A DNA stretch of 64,000 nucleotides from Phoronis australis (lineage: Eukaryota; Animalia; Phoronida), in contig NMRA01000008.1 of NCBI GenBank assembly GCA_002633005.1, positions 812,985-876,984 on the forward strand, given 5' to 3'. The notes under the pieces are model-generated. The model ran no database searches. It saw only the letters and a list, made by a program, of their open reading frames with translations, and had not been told where the DNA came from. This document shows, piece after piece, positions 1-11,826 of the stretch. Position numbers and translations under genes: made by a program. Position 1 is the first letter of the stretch. The number at the start of each line of letters is the position of its first letter.

Positions 1-267
1 TTAGTTATCTTTCATAGCGAAAGCTGGTTAGTGCTCGGCACATTAAAGCATCGTCTTCGATGTCGCACGTGTGCAAACACAGTTTATGAATGTTTTAAGA
101 TTTTTGTTCGTTATTCAGATATGTCCGGAAGAATCATGTGCGGAGGAACACGCACACTTTCGCACAAGTGCACCTTCTGGCTACTGCCGTGTAACCGCGT
201 TCGTGTCTTCCTATCGTTATTTGTGAACCATTGTCATTGATACAAAAATATGGCGTTGCACTTACAG

Positions 268-531
268 CCGGAATACGAGAACGGGGTTTCAGGTGGAGGC
301 TTATCCGACAGGATTCAAGAAAGCAAAGCTTCTTACGACTGGGCACATCAGAAAAATGGGAGAACACTTTGGCCAGGCAGAACCCAGAAGAAATTTGATG
401 ACGACTCATCTCAATGTGATCGACAAAGATGCAGCAACGCCATTTTAAAGAATATGGACTTCTACTCTAGATTCATTTTCCCAATGTGCTTCGTGGTGTT
501 TAACATAACTTATTGGGTTTTATACTTTTAA
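268..531 (+). CDS. Terminal coding exon of a Cys-loop ligand-gated ion channel subunit (GABA-A/glycine/GluCl-like; end of M3-M4 loop and TM4)
   Basis: The translation ends ...KNMDFYSRFIFPMCFVVFNITYWVLYF*, matching the D-x-x-S-R-x-x-F-P...F-N-x-x-Y-W TM4 signature of anion-type Cys-loop receptors. A plausible acceptor (gcacttacag|CCG) lies at 266-267 and the TAA at 529-531. The exon start is less certain than the end; earlier exons are outside the window. Confidence 0.85.
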   Translation, partial: PEYENGVSGGGLSDRIQESKASYDWAHQKNGRTLWPGRTQKKFDDDSSQCDRQRCSNAILKNMDFYSRFIFPMCFVVFNITYWVLYF

Positions 532-1626
532 TGGTAGTCGACGTTGCCGGGTGAAGCCACTTCGTGATACACCGAACAAGCCTAGTGTGAAACAAATTTT
601 TAGTTTTCGACAAATAATGTGCTTGGTGATTCAATTAGGAATGACCAGGCCGGTGCATATAAGCGTTTGAGATGCAGGTTTCCATTTTTACGATTTCCCA
701 GCCTAATAGCTATGCGGGAGAGTCGATCGCCATATGAGATTTGTACACGTAATCTTAGTCTAAATGACAACTGTGAGGAATAAGGGTCAATAAATAATTA
801 AAACGGAAACACGAAATACAGAATGTTAACAAAATTCCGACTCTTGTCTACCCAGGTCATTGTCACATTTTTTGAGTCTGAGAAACAACATAACCACCTC
901 ATTAAAAGCCATTAATAGCTGCTATTTAATAAGTGGGAAACAATCAATTAGCCTGTAAGGAAGTACAGACAGCTGCCACCAGATGACTCTGCGTTAGGGG
1001 TTGTATTCACTAGACATTTTACACATTTATTGCACATAGCCAGAGATTTGACACATAACTTGTCGAATTCACTATTAACTGAAACTTAAAATTAAGTTTT
1101 AAATGTGACAGCAGTTCTACTTAATCTTGGGTATATGAGACAAAGCGGAAATGGTAAAATTTCCTAAATTTAAAACAGTCTTTTGTACTAACACCTTTTA
1201 TCATAAAAAGTCCTATCTATAAAACATTCTAAAATGCAGGTAACCATTAAACATGCCCTTTCTTTAACTTCACTAGCTAAGAACACAGAACTAGTCTTGT
1301 CAGTCGGGTTTGCACAAAAGTAAGAACATTTTGTGGATTACAGCCCTACATATGTTCACATTTTCTATTAAGAATTTTGTACACACCCATTCAACTGTGC
1401 CGCCATTTTGTTGGTGCACCACCCGAAATTCAAAATTCAACTTAACAATTCTCTATTAAATTATGTTTATTTTGAAAAAAATGAACATGTGTACAAAGGG
1501 CATTTTTTGAGAATAAGTTTTGACAAAACCAGTTCACAATAAAATTTGTTTTGTAATGTGTTTAACCAAAATGAAGGTGAAAGAGTATCTCAAAGTTTTA
1601 GGGAAGTAGTTACTTATTAGTGTTCC

Positions 1627-1850
1627 AAACAGACGAGGGTATACCAGGACTAAGTTACCTACAGGACAATAAACAGAGGAGGGTATACTGTGAATAAGTT
1701 ACCTACAAACAGAGGAGGGTATACTGTGAATAAGTTACCTACAGGACAATAAACAGAGGAGGGTATACCATGAATAAGTTACCTACAGGACACTAAACAG
1801 AGGAGGGTATACCATGAATAAGTTACCTGACCTACAGGACATTAAACAGA
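1627..1850. repeat. Minisatellite, about 5 copies of a 44-bp unit
   Basis: Unit aaacagaggagggtata(cca/ctg)tgaataagttacctacaggacaat repeated head-to-tail; one copy is shortened. Confidence 0.95.
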
Positions 1851-2744
1851 ATAATCAGAATAGTTAGAGAGCAAATGAAACAATGTTCAACACATGTCTA
1901 AAAACATTAGTACAAACATATGACTGGGTAGACCCTTATTTCAATCAACAGTTAAGCAAAGTGACAAGATTTTGATATAAGTGAATGGAAATATTGCTGC
2001 ACACCTATTTAAGCATACAGGTTTCTTCTATTATCATTGTAAAAAGAAAAAAATTACAAAAATAAATCAACATGAACACTTGACAACATGAACACTTGAC
2101 AACAAGGTTAACAAACCTGCAAGTATGCAATCTTATGGCACAACATTAAATTTGATTAAAAACTGTTGTTTACACCAAAACTATGTTACTTTTAGGAAAC
2201 AATTTACAGGAACAGGGAATTCAGAGAAAATCCTTCTCAAATAAGTACACATAGAAAAAAGACTTCTAAAATAGTCATGAGGTAATAAATTAATTTAAGT
2301 ATACAATATTCAATAGCAGAGCATTTAAAATAAGACATAGAAAAAAACTGATTTTTTACTCATGCTATTCTACAAAACAGAAACAAATTACCAATTTTAG
2401 TTGTAAGTATTATGGGTAGTACGACAGCCTAGCACAACTATTATTTAACAACACACCGTACAAAATCCAGCCATAATTAAGAAAGCCTTAGTTTATACAT
2501 GCAAGATAAGGTTTATCGACAGCTGAACTGATCTTCTGCGAGGACAGTCAATCCCAGCAAAAATTGCGATTAAAAGAATTGCGTTAATTACAAAAAAAAA
2601 CAATAAAACGCATACCAACAATTAACAGTTTGACTAGCCTGGAAACAAGACAACCAACAGACTGAAAATAAAATGAAGAAAAACCTGAATAACAATTACC
2701 AGTCTTGTCACAATAAACACTGGTAAAACTTCACAAAGACTAAT

Positions 2745-4222
2745 AACAAGAGCAACGCGGAGCGTTGAAATGCGCCCACGAATGCATAGCAAATGGTGTG
2801 CTATTAGGGTTATTTATTTGTATCATAAAAATGGCCACTAGATGGCGCAAAAACGTACAATCCATCCAAATACAGCTATGGATGCAAAACAAAACAGAGC
2901 TACCACTAAGAGGTGCCACAGTAGTCAGTCGCCATCATCAAATGTCTTCTTCAGACTGAGAACATTTCAATTTTCAAAACCATACCTAGGATTTGGTTGA
3001 CCAGGGTTTGAAAACAGCAAAAATGGCCACTAGGTGGCGCAAAATACCTAGATTCCATCCAAAAACAGGAGCAAAGCGTCATCTCTTCAATAGATGCCTA
3101 TATTCAAAATTTTATGAAAATCTGTTTTGGACCTTTGAAGATACAGAGGTAAACGTAAAAAACTAAAATTGCCACTAGGGAGCACACAAGTGGTCAGATC
3201 CATCTGAATGTCGTTGTCAACATCATATAAATACACTTGCTAAATCAAGTAAAGATCCTGCAAACGGTTTAGGAAATACAGCCATGAGCGCAAAAAAAAA
3301 TGCCAACAACAGGCGCCACAGTAATCGAAGTTGGAAAACCATCATCAGCTGTCCACTTCATAGTTAAAACATACATGCCAATTTTCACAATTATCCTGAA
3401 AGCTGTTTGGTTGATAGAGGAGTGGACGCCAAAAAACAGACTCGAAAACAGTAAAAATGGCCATTAGGTGGCGCAAACTAGGTCGAATCCATCTGAAAAT
3501 GGAGAGATGGCGTCACCTCATTAACAGATGCCTGCATGCCAAATTTTATGAAAATACATTGAGGACCTTTGAGGTAAACGTAAAAAAAAAAATTGCCACT
3601 AGGTGGCACACCAGTAGTCAGATCTGTCTGATAGTCGTCATCCTGCGTTATTAACATCATATAAATACACTTACTAAATTTAGTAAAGATCCTGCAAACG
3701 GTTTAGGAGATACAGCCATAAGCGCAAAAAAAAAACAAAATTGCCACTAGGAGGCGCCACAGTAGTTGAAGTCGTCGGAAAACCATCGTCAGCCGTCCAC
3801 TTCATAGTAAGAACATACATGACAATTTTCGCAATCATCCTTTGAGCGGTTTGGTTGATGGAGGGATGGACTCGAAAACAGTAAAAATGGCCACTAGGCG
3901 GCGCAAAACACCTCACATCCATCCGAAAACAAAAGGATAGCGTCATCTCATTAATAGATACCTATGTGCCAAATTTCATGAAAATCGGTTGAGGATCTTT
4001 CAAGATACAGAGGCAAATGTAAAAAACTAAAATTGCCACCAGGGGGCACAGTGGTATTCGGGTTGGTCCGAAATTTGTCGCCCTCTGTCGCCAACGCCAT
4101 AGCAACACATCTGCCAAATTTCAATAAGATCTTGCAAGGGGTTTGGGAGATACAGCCGCGGACGCCCAGACAGAGATGATGGCAATATGCACCCACACAT
4201 AAATATGTGGGCGCATAAAAAA
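2745..4222 (-). mobile_element. Non-autonomous Helentron/DINE-1-like (HINE) element with internal tandem repeats
   Basis: Read on the minus strand: T-run, subterminal IR (gtgggcgcat at 4207-4216) with an adjacent partial inverted copy (atgcacccac 4187-4196), internal repeats of about 145 bp in a period of about 432 bp, the matching subTIR atgcgcccac (2770-2779), a short hairpin caacgc-gga-gcgttg (2753-2767) and a terminal ctcttgtt. This is the established DINE-1/Helentron architecture. Confidence 0.75.
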
Positions 4223-4299
4223 CAATTGCAGGCAATCTGGCACACGTTGTGCTAGACGTGCGCAGGTGGGCTCATTGCATTGATCACCTGGAACCATTT

Positions 4300-4444
4300 T
4301 TATGCTTCATTAACATATAGTCAAAACCGAGCTGAGGAGCTGGAGACTAAACACAAAGGCACAGCCGTGGACCCCTCTAAGAGTCGCACCCACGACCTTA
4401 AGTAAAGGAAGCGGACACTTACACCAATAGGCCACACTGGCGCC
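4300..4444 (-). mobile_element. tRNA-derived SINE (degenerate)
   Basis: The minus strand starts ggcgccagtgtggcctattggtgtaag (A-box-like), followed by aaggtcgtgggtgcgactc (B-box-like) and a non-tRNA tail. Confidence 0.6.
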
Positions 4445-5695
4445 TCACTTCAAACATTTACTCACTGACAAGTCTGAAAGGGTTCAGAACTGTTGTACAG
4501 CAATTGCATCTTGACAGGTCTCAGACTGATGATCCCACTGGTTAGGACATTGAAGTCATAACTTATTGACTGATAAATACCCTGTTCACACCAAAGCGGT
4601 TACAACTTTTAAACCGATTTAAAGGCTATGACTCTGTCTAAACACTTTAAAACCAGTCTTAAGAGTTGCAACTGTAGCGTGGTTATAACCCTCTGCGAAG
4701 GTCGGCAGTTTAGAGAGAGATTGCAATTGTTGTAACTACGTGTGAACACGGCGGTTGCAAAAATTATAACTCGGCAGGTGGTTTGCTGTCAAATGTCATA
4801 GGAAACGATGGCACACAGAAGCACTAACTGTAGTGAATTAGAAAGGAATATCACTGACCACTAGAAACTGATAACATCAACTACTATTACAATAGTTTTA
4901 ACTGTCGATATTAATGATAATGATTATTGAACACTATGAAAAGAGTTACAACCGGCTTAAGCTGGTGTGAAAACATCAGCGTGGAAGGGATATACGGGCA
5001 CACATCAAGTTACGAACCTGCACGATTATGCTTCTTATCCTAGCAGCAGTGCAAAAATTGGCCAGATTCTCAACAAAATCACACACCATGCCTAAAACTT
5101 TGTTCACTGCTTGGATTTTGCATCTTTACCGAAGCCATTGACTTGGGAAGAGAGAGACACACTGTATGGTAATGACAACCAAATCCTTAAAGGACCAATG
5201 CACAATAGATCGTAGGCGTGAACATTTCATGCTAGAAAGTACAACAGTATGACAACAACCATCGAATCAATATTTTGCGACTCGTAAAAACAAAGTTTCC
5301 CTCAATGAAATATGTTCCCATAACGACCCACTAGGACAGCTAAGAGGGTAGTAAGCCTACTTTAGCAACATCCACTTATGCACGTGGTCAGCACAGTGTT
5401 CTGCAGACGCGAAAACCTTGCAAAAGAGCAACATCAGACAAAAACCATGCCAGTGAAATGCAAGTGTTCTGTGATTAAGCTAGAGACCTTACCAGCATGA
5501 CCTCAGTGGTAAAATAGCAGTCATTGATTGGTCGGTGACGCTGGAATGTTGAATTATGGGGTAGAATTTGTGAATCATGGGATAGAATTCATTGTTTCCA
5601 CCCCATAAGCGAAAGTTTCTTTCTGCAAGTACATGTTTTGTCGTCTTGGGTTTAATGGAACACAGCACTCCCAATACCGCTATGGTCTTGCTCGA

Positions 5696-6009
5696 TAAGG
5701 CCAAAAAACAAAGTTGATTCGGGTCTCTATCTCGATTTATTTTGAAATCTGCACTAGACTAAAAAAAAATATGCCCACTCGCATCAATTTCAATCAAAGT
5801 CTGGTGTTTTTGACAAGATGCGAAACGGCACATAGGTGACTATGATTTGTCAAGCAATGGGTAACAAAAACAAAGCCCGCTTCATTTTTACTCATCACAG
5901 ACAGTGCATTTTATTTTTTTTTTTGAAAAAGTGAGCAACTAAAAATTACGGAACCACCAACTCGATTTTCAAAAAAGACCAGAATCCACTTTTACTTTTT
6001 TTGACCTAA
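5696..6009. mobile_element. Putative MITE with short terminal inverted repeats
   Basis: The ends taaggccaaaaaacaaagt and ttttactttttttgacctaa are imperfect inverted repeats. Confidence 0.45.
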
Positions 6010-6398
6010 TCGCACCCTCCTATGAAAACAGGACTATACTTTGCAGTAAACTTACTTCCTTGTCATAGATTCACTAGATCTACTGTACAGTAATACACAG
6101 AAATATACTGTATTTACACGACACTAAAACCAGGCACAAGTTGTTCCATGCGCATGTTGTTCCGGAAGATGTTTAACAGTGAAAGTGTGACTGTTTTTAT
6201 GGAACAACATGTAGCTAGAACAAGTTGTGTTCAATTCCAGTACATTGTAAAAATGTGTTCAAGATGTGGATTCATTCTTTGGACACAATGTTCAGCTTTG
6301 TGAGTAACTTTTTGGATTCAAACACTGTCCTTCTGTACGGTGTGCATCGTGAGAACAACAAATATGGCAGAGAGACAGAACTTGCAGTCTGTCTTAAG

Positions 6399-6720
6399 TC
6401 AATAGAGAAGACCTTGTAAATGTTTGTCAAGTTCCATTCTTTGCTGCTTATAGTTCTCTGCTTGAGGTGACTTTGAACGGACCCTCAGAGGCTCCTGTGC
6501 CTCAAGTCGAGGACTTGGACTTAGTTTAACAGAACCAGTTTGCCCGACTGTCACTGTATTGCTGCCATCACTGACAACTGACAAAGAAACACTGTCTTCC
6601 CTCATATTATTAATCATTTGACCTTGTACGTCTTTCCGCCTACTTTTCTTCTTCCGATGTTGTGATCCATCTGAAGAAGCAGGACTAGCCGTGGATCGGC
6701 CATCAGATAGGGGCTGACTG
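6399..6720 (-). CDS. ANKRD55: ANKRD55-like, last coding exon (Ser/Lys-rich tail)
   Basis: Acceptor ttgtag|C AGT CAG CCC, phase 2 matching the previous exon; reads SQPLSDGRSTASPASSDGSQHRKKKSRRK...DKHLQGLLY*, with TGA at 6399-6401. Confidence 0.8.
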
Positions 6721-6728
6721 CTACAAGA

Positions 6729-6773
6729 TAACAATAATAATAATAATAATAATGATGACAATAACAATAACAA
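6729..6773. repeat. (AAT)n microsatellite next to the ANKRD55 last-exon acceptor
   Basis: acaataataataataataataatgatgacaataacaataac. Confidence 0.9.
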
Positions 6774-8407
6774 AAATTAGACAATGAAAGGTCACTTTAG
6801 TACTAAGTCACCGTAAAACTACCCAATGTCCCATACAGCCATAACTGAGCCAAATCAAATCTGTTCATATGAAACTAGAATGCTTCAATTTGAGACAATA
6901 AATAATTGCTAAAATTGTAGCAGCAATTTTAAAAAGTTTTTGATAATAACTATAACATACAGACCATGCTAAAAGAAAAGTATTTCTTCTGAAAAGTTAT
7001 TCATATTGGAAAATCTGACAAAATGAAATTTCATGTGCCTGTCATATTGCGTCCTGAACTGAAGAATTTTTACAAAAGATCAAATCCACAATCAAATCTA
7101 GCCTCAAAGCAAGAAACGAAATCATCTTGACACATAAAATAATCATCATCATAAGACAGAGACACATTCAGGCAACATGTGGCTTTAAAAAAACTAGAAC
7201 TGTCAATAAGGTAAGCAATTAGTTATCAAGTGAAAACTGTACTGATGAAGTACAAGACAATATGTCTGGGTGATCATAACAGATGACAAAGTACGCATGT
7301 ACTCTGACAGTAAATCCTGGAATAATGAAAACCCCATGTCAACGTATCCAGCATGAGCTCAACCAGGCTATTGACATATACGGAGTATTCACTTGCAGCA
7401 ACAAAACAAGCTTCAGCATCAACTACTGATACCCAGCTCAAATTTGCAACCCATTTAGCCATAACAGTTCGCAAATACGGTTTGGGAAGAAGAAAAAAAG
7501 TAGACAAAGAAAATATGAAAAGGCAAATAGTTGTTACACTTGATTGTCTTCGTCACTTCCGCCAGGTCAACTGGCTAAGACACATGATTCATTCTCAATG
7601 ATGGCTTTTGGCTTGCACAACAATTAGATGTCTTAGCCGGTTCACTGGTGAAACAGCCGAAGAAAATCCAAGGGCAGCCATCGATGAACAACGCATAGTA
7701 TATCTGATGCTCTCAACAGTTTCCTGGGGCAACAGGGCAAAGAAAATGAGCCGTCAAAATGAACACGAGTAGCATGCATGACATTCAATTTTCGAACTAT
7801 TCAGCTAGATTTTCCAACAACAACCAGCCATAGCTCGTTTGTACATAAAGTAAAGGTTCATTACTTTTTGGTGGATTATAAATGTAAGGTAATGTGGTTG
7901 GCAACTATTCAGAAATGCAAGGAGTCATTTACTGCCAAGGAATATTTTAATTACTAAAACCAGTTAAAAAGTCAAAGGGCGTTGTATAAGAGATTGTATT
8001 TTGATTTCAGTTAATGACAAGAGTAAACTTAAGATACACTGACTTTAATACCAACACACTGGAAAGTTTAGTATCGAGCATTCTCACAATAAATGAAACA
8101 ATACACAAAAAATAATAAGAGAAAGTATTACATTCTCTTGTTTTGAGATGAGTCACAGGTCAGGGGTCATGCAGGGGTCATGCAGGACCTACCCTGCGTG
8201 GCTGTGCTGGGGAGCAGGAGAGAACCACACAAGCAGTGATATGTGCTGACAGGTCTAGACACAAGCGCCGCCTAGGGAGCAAGGCAGAAACAAGAGACAG
8301 TACATGTGAAATGTTAGACGTGACCAACAACCTATGGTTGGTTAGTGAAAGAAGAAAACATTTCGGATTCAAAAGCAGACTGAACATTCTGTGAGAGGTG
8401 CTAATGG

Positions 8408-8670
8408 TAGGAATTTGGCGTTATCGCACAGAGCAGAATCAAACAACAGATGGAAAAAATGTTTAGGTTTACGATTATGGTTAGCGTTGGGATGAGGGAC
8501 AGTTAGGGTTAGAGACGAATAGGGTTAGAGATGATTAAGGTAAGAGAGTTAGGTTGAGGTACAGTTAGGGTTATAGACAGTGTTAGAGTGAGGGTGGTTA
8601 GGGTTAGAGATGAGCTAAATGCGATGTCACTTTCTTCTACTTTTGTTCGGTGCGATGATGCCAAATCCTA
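8408..8670. mobile_element. Small TIR element with a degenerate (TTAGGG)n-like core
   Basis: taggaatttggcgttatcgcacagagcagaa (8408-8438) is an imperfect inverted repeat of ttttgttcggtgcgatgatgccaaatccta (8641-8670). ATGG flanks both sides, and the interior (8461-8610) is rich in gttagggttag units. Confidence 0.75.
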
Positions 8671-9189
8671 ATGGTACACTTGTGTAGCATTTTTGTAATT
8701 AGTAAATCATTTACAGTAGTTGTGGTGATCTCTCTCTTCATTTCTACGCAAAAAATAATTGTGAAACTTTGTTGTTTCCCTATTTCAAAATCTGAATACT
8801 TAGTAAAATGCTCAAAATTTTGCGTAACTTTTGTATTAATAAAACCCATGCAGTGCAAACCATTCCATGATGAAGTCAAAATTTTCTTCATCACCACTCT
8901 CAGTAACAGAGGTGATTCAAAAGTCAATATTTTCGAGATAAAATATTGGCAAAGACTGGTGGATATTTTAGGTGTGAGTGAACTGACTTACTTATGAGCC
9001 CAAAGGGGCAGATGTATGATCAAACATTCCTTTGCATCCAACCATGGTCACGTAACAGGTACAAGACAAACAATTAATGCATTCCTTATAAATTACAGAC
9101 ATACACAACCTGGTGCCAGAAGCGGCCACTTTAAGATGTTTGTGGACTCGCAACTTGTTTCAAAATTTTAAATCTTAATTAGTTACATT

Positions 9190-9818
9190 TATTACCAAGG
9201 ATCAAATTCTAATTCTTAAATTACCTTTCAAGTATTCCCGTAAGTTAAGGGGCTGTAGGAAAGTACGTTTTCAGAATCCTTGACGATAACAGAATCTTAT
9301 TATGGTTGTGCGTGAAAATGACGCACAGATATTCGTGGCTATTAATTGCAATTTTTCTATAAATTATGTATTTTCACAGAGATTGCCATTATTTCTACAA
9401 ATGCAATTTTTTCACAAGCAGCTTGCTAATTCTGCTACTTAATTCTATTAGCAACAAATGCGTGTCTGGGATTTTCTTTTAAGGCAAGAGACTCGGTCAA
9501 ATGAAGATGTCAACATTCCTTAGAAAAAAAATAGTCAAGCTATTTTTCACATCTGAGTTCTACACTTAAAAGACCTTGAATGAAAATCTCAGACAGCTAA
9601 TAGAATAAAAAATCGATTTTGAAAGCTGCATGCAGAAAAAATTGTGTACGGCAATCTCCTCGAACAATCCCGATTTTGAGAAATGCAATCATGTAATGAC
9701 GAACTTCTGGGCATTGCTTTTGTACACACAGTAAGATTCTGTGACCATCAAGGATTCTCAAGGATTCTCATTAAACACATATACATATATATTATTTAAG
9801 AAATTCAGTCCTTGGTAA
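9190..9818. mobile_element. Degenerate fold-back MITE
   Basis: Termini ttaccaagga / tccttggtaa plus an internal inverted pair gaatccttgacgataacagaatctta / taagattctgtgaccatcaaggattc. Confidence 0.6.
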
Positions 9819-9910
9819 GGAAGGTAGACTATTACCTGAAACTTCCAATGTTGTGGACGTCATATTAAGCAAAATCTGATAACTATATCAGCAACCTGAA
9901 CGATGCCTAC

Positions 9911-10152
9911 CTGTTTGAGTTATTAGAGTTTGACGACAAAGAAAGCTTTCTGTGTGACCTAGCTTGAGATTCAAGGACTTGTTCCAGAGTGGCAGGGGGC
10001 GTTGGAGTCCTGTGTTTGGCTGTCTCACGTCTCAGCGCTGCCACCTTCTCATGCATCAGTGATGGTGGCAGGGCTCCTAACTTAGGTGCCCCCTTGAGGG
10101 GGGCCAACTGCTGAGGTCGGACTGATGTCGGTGGTACTACTGTTACATGCTT
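9911..10152 (-). CDS. ANKRD55: ANKRD55-like internal exon (Pro-rich C-terminal region)
   Basis: tttcag|AAG CAT GTA...AAC AG|gtaggc; 242 nt, phase 0 to 2; KHVTVVPPTSVRPQQLAPLKG... Confidence 0.82.
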
Positions 10153-10483
10153 CTGAAAGTTTTTTAATTGTGATAGATTTAATGTTAATAACACTGACAT
10201 CTGAATCTGATTAGTCATTTTCCAGAATGTGTTTGCCAAATTTGGACATTCTTCAAAGTTAGCCAACTTCGGAAGTTTCTAAGTTTACACAGAAATACCT
10301 TAATACGGGCCGTCTGGAAAATTCAGTTTAAACGTATGTAGTGCCCAAATCTGGGCAAACTTGGGAAAACATTCCTGTGCCCTGAAGTTATTTACTTTCA
10401 GAATTAAGTACACAGTTGTTTTAGCTATAACACTAGAGAAATTGAGACCAAACTCAGGAAGAAAAATTTTCTGAAATCATTAC

Positions 10484-10914
10484 CTTAGATTTCTTCACTT
10501 CACTTTCAATTGGATTACCCAGAACAGGCGGTGGACTTCTGATCAAGTGTTCACTACTGCTGCTAGGTGGCACTGGTGATTTCTTGCCTCCAACTGGCAG
10601 GTCAAGGTCACGTGAAGGTTTTTGTTGCTGAGCCCTTGGATTATCGAGTCTTGACAAGTGCAATTTTTCTATATGACTCTCTGGCTTATTATTACTAACA
10701 GTATTAGCATTTTCACTGCTTGTCGCGCTAGCTGAATGACTGGCACTCTTCTGCTTCGACTTTCGACTAAAGAAGTCTTTAAAGAAACTGAACGGGTTCC
10801 TACTAGGAGGATTGTCTGATGGATGACTAGGGTTGCCCTCCCATGTTGTAGAGCCATTGGCAACCGGCTGAGTAATGTTCATACCCAGATGTTGTTCAAA
10901 CACATTGATACATT
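10484..10914 (-). CDS. ANKRD55: ANKRD55-like internal exon (end of last ankyrin repeat, low-complexity region)
   Basis: tttgcag|AA TGT ATC AAT GTG TTT GAA...TCT AAG|gtaatg; 431 nt, phase 1 to 0, open throughout. Confidence 0.87.
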
Positions 10915-11411
10915 CTGCAAAGAAAAACCAGGCAAATGTTCGAGGAATAAATCAGTCACATCATTTGCAATTCTTACTTCCACTCGCTAGATTAAACTAT
11001 GGAAACTCTCACCATTGTAGGACACATGCAAACTCTTTTTCTTTCTTTCATCAAAGATGAGCAATTGCTTCATATGAAGGCTCTGTCGATTTTAACTTCT
11101 ATACAATAGCTATCAACAGACAATGCTTTGAGAAATTCAAGGGATTCCTAACAAAGTTAGAAATCTTGAAAAGCAAAAAAGATCAATCATGGTCATTTTT
11201 TATCCGAAATTGGTCATACTTTACATTACCACGTGACGTAAGTACGGTATATAAAACTTAGTTACATTGGAATTTTATACATTAAGTTGACTTCTCATCT
11301 CAAGGACTCCATGCCAACTGTCCACAGCTCACAAAAACATATTCAGTATTCCAGTTCTGTAAAATCTTGTCGATTTCACACAAAATAATCTTATTTCAAT
11401 TCACGCCTTAC

Positions 11412-11548
11412 CAGTGTGGTGCGTCTGTTTTGCGTAATCCAATGGTGTACCACCCTCAGCATCAATGGGTTCGGCCAACACTCCTAGCTCTAACAGAATG
11501 CTCGCTGACTCTGCCTGGCCTGTGGCTGCAGCCCAGTGAAGTGGTGTT
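11412..11548 (-). CDS. ANKRD55: ANKRD55-like ankyrin exon
   Basis: cttcag|A ACA CCA CTT CAC TGG...CAC ACT G|gtaagg; TPLHWAAATGQAESASILLELGVLAEPIDAEGGTPLDYAKQTHHT; 137 nt, phase 2 to 1; not in the ORF track. Confidence 0.93.
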
Positions 11549-11573
11549 CTGAAGACAAATATTTATATAGTCC

Positions 11574-11826
11574 AGGGGCCAATTGCAAGGAAATGACTAG
11601 AGTTCATTTGTGACGTAAGTCTAAAATTTGTCTCAACTTCCAAACTTTGAAACTGCAATATCTGGTAAGTTGGTTGAACTTAAGACAAAACTTGAGACAA
11701 AAACTTAAGTCAAACGGAAGATCACTTACCTGGAACGGACTTCAAACAAATTGATTAGTTTTATCTTAAAATTGGCTTAAATATAAGATTTGTCTTAACT
11801 AAGTCAGTTTTCTTGGAACAGGCTCA
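11574..11826. mobile_element. Putative MITE
   Basis: Imperfect inverted termini ggggccaattgcaaggaaatgact / agtcagttttcttggaacaggctc with repeated internal cttaag/acaaaact motifs. Confidence 0.45.

Noticed and set aside
31-252. In-frame TGA (238-240) between ORF 31-240 and the ion-channel ORF, suggesting readthrough or selenocysteine
   Set aside because: A good acceptor at 266-267 places this sequence in the intron, and the upstream peptide has no channel-like features.
1627-4222. Regularly spaced repeats as a CRISPR array
   Set aside because: The context is eukaryotic, the spacers are themselves repeated, and there are no cas genes; these are a minisatellite and transposon-internal repeats.
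4360-4444. Possible tRNA gene (also 28850-28925)
   Set aside because: A/B-box-like motifs are present but no complete cloverleaf can be folded; better explained as SINE heads.
6721-6773. Apparent poly-Leu signal peptide at the start of ORF 6399-6773
   Set aside because: It is the translation of an intronic (TAT)n microsatellite upstream of the real acceptor.
7550-7724. Possible extra ANKRD55 exon after the acceptor-like ttgccccag
   Set aside because: The required phase reaches a stop within about 27 codons, the flanking exons already join in phase, and there is no supporting homology.
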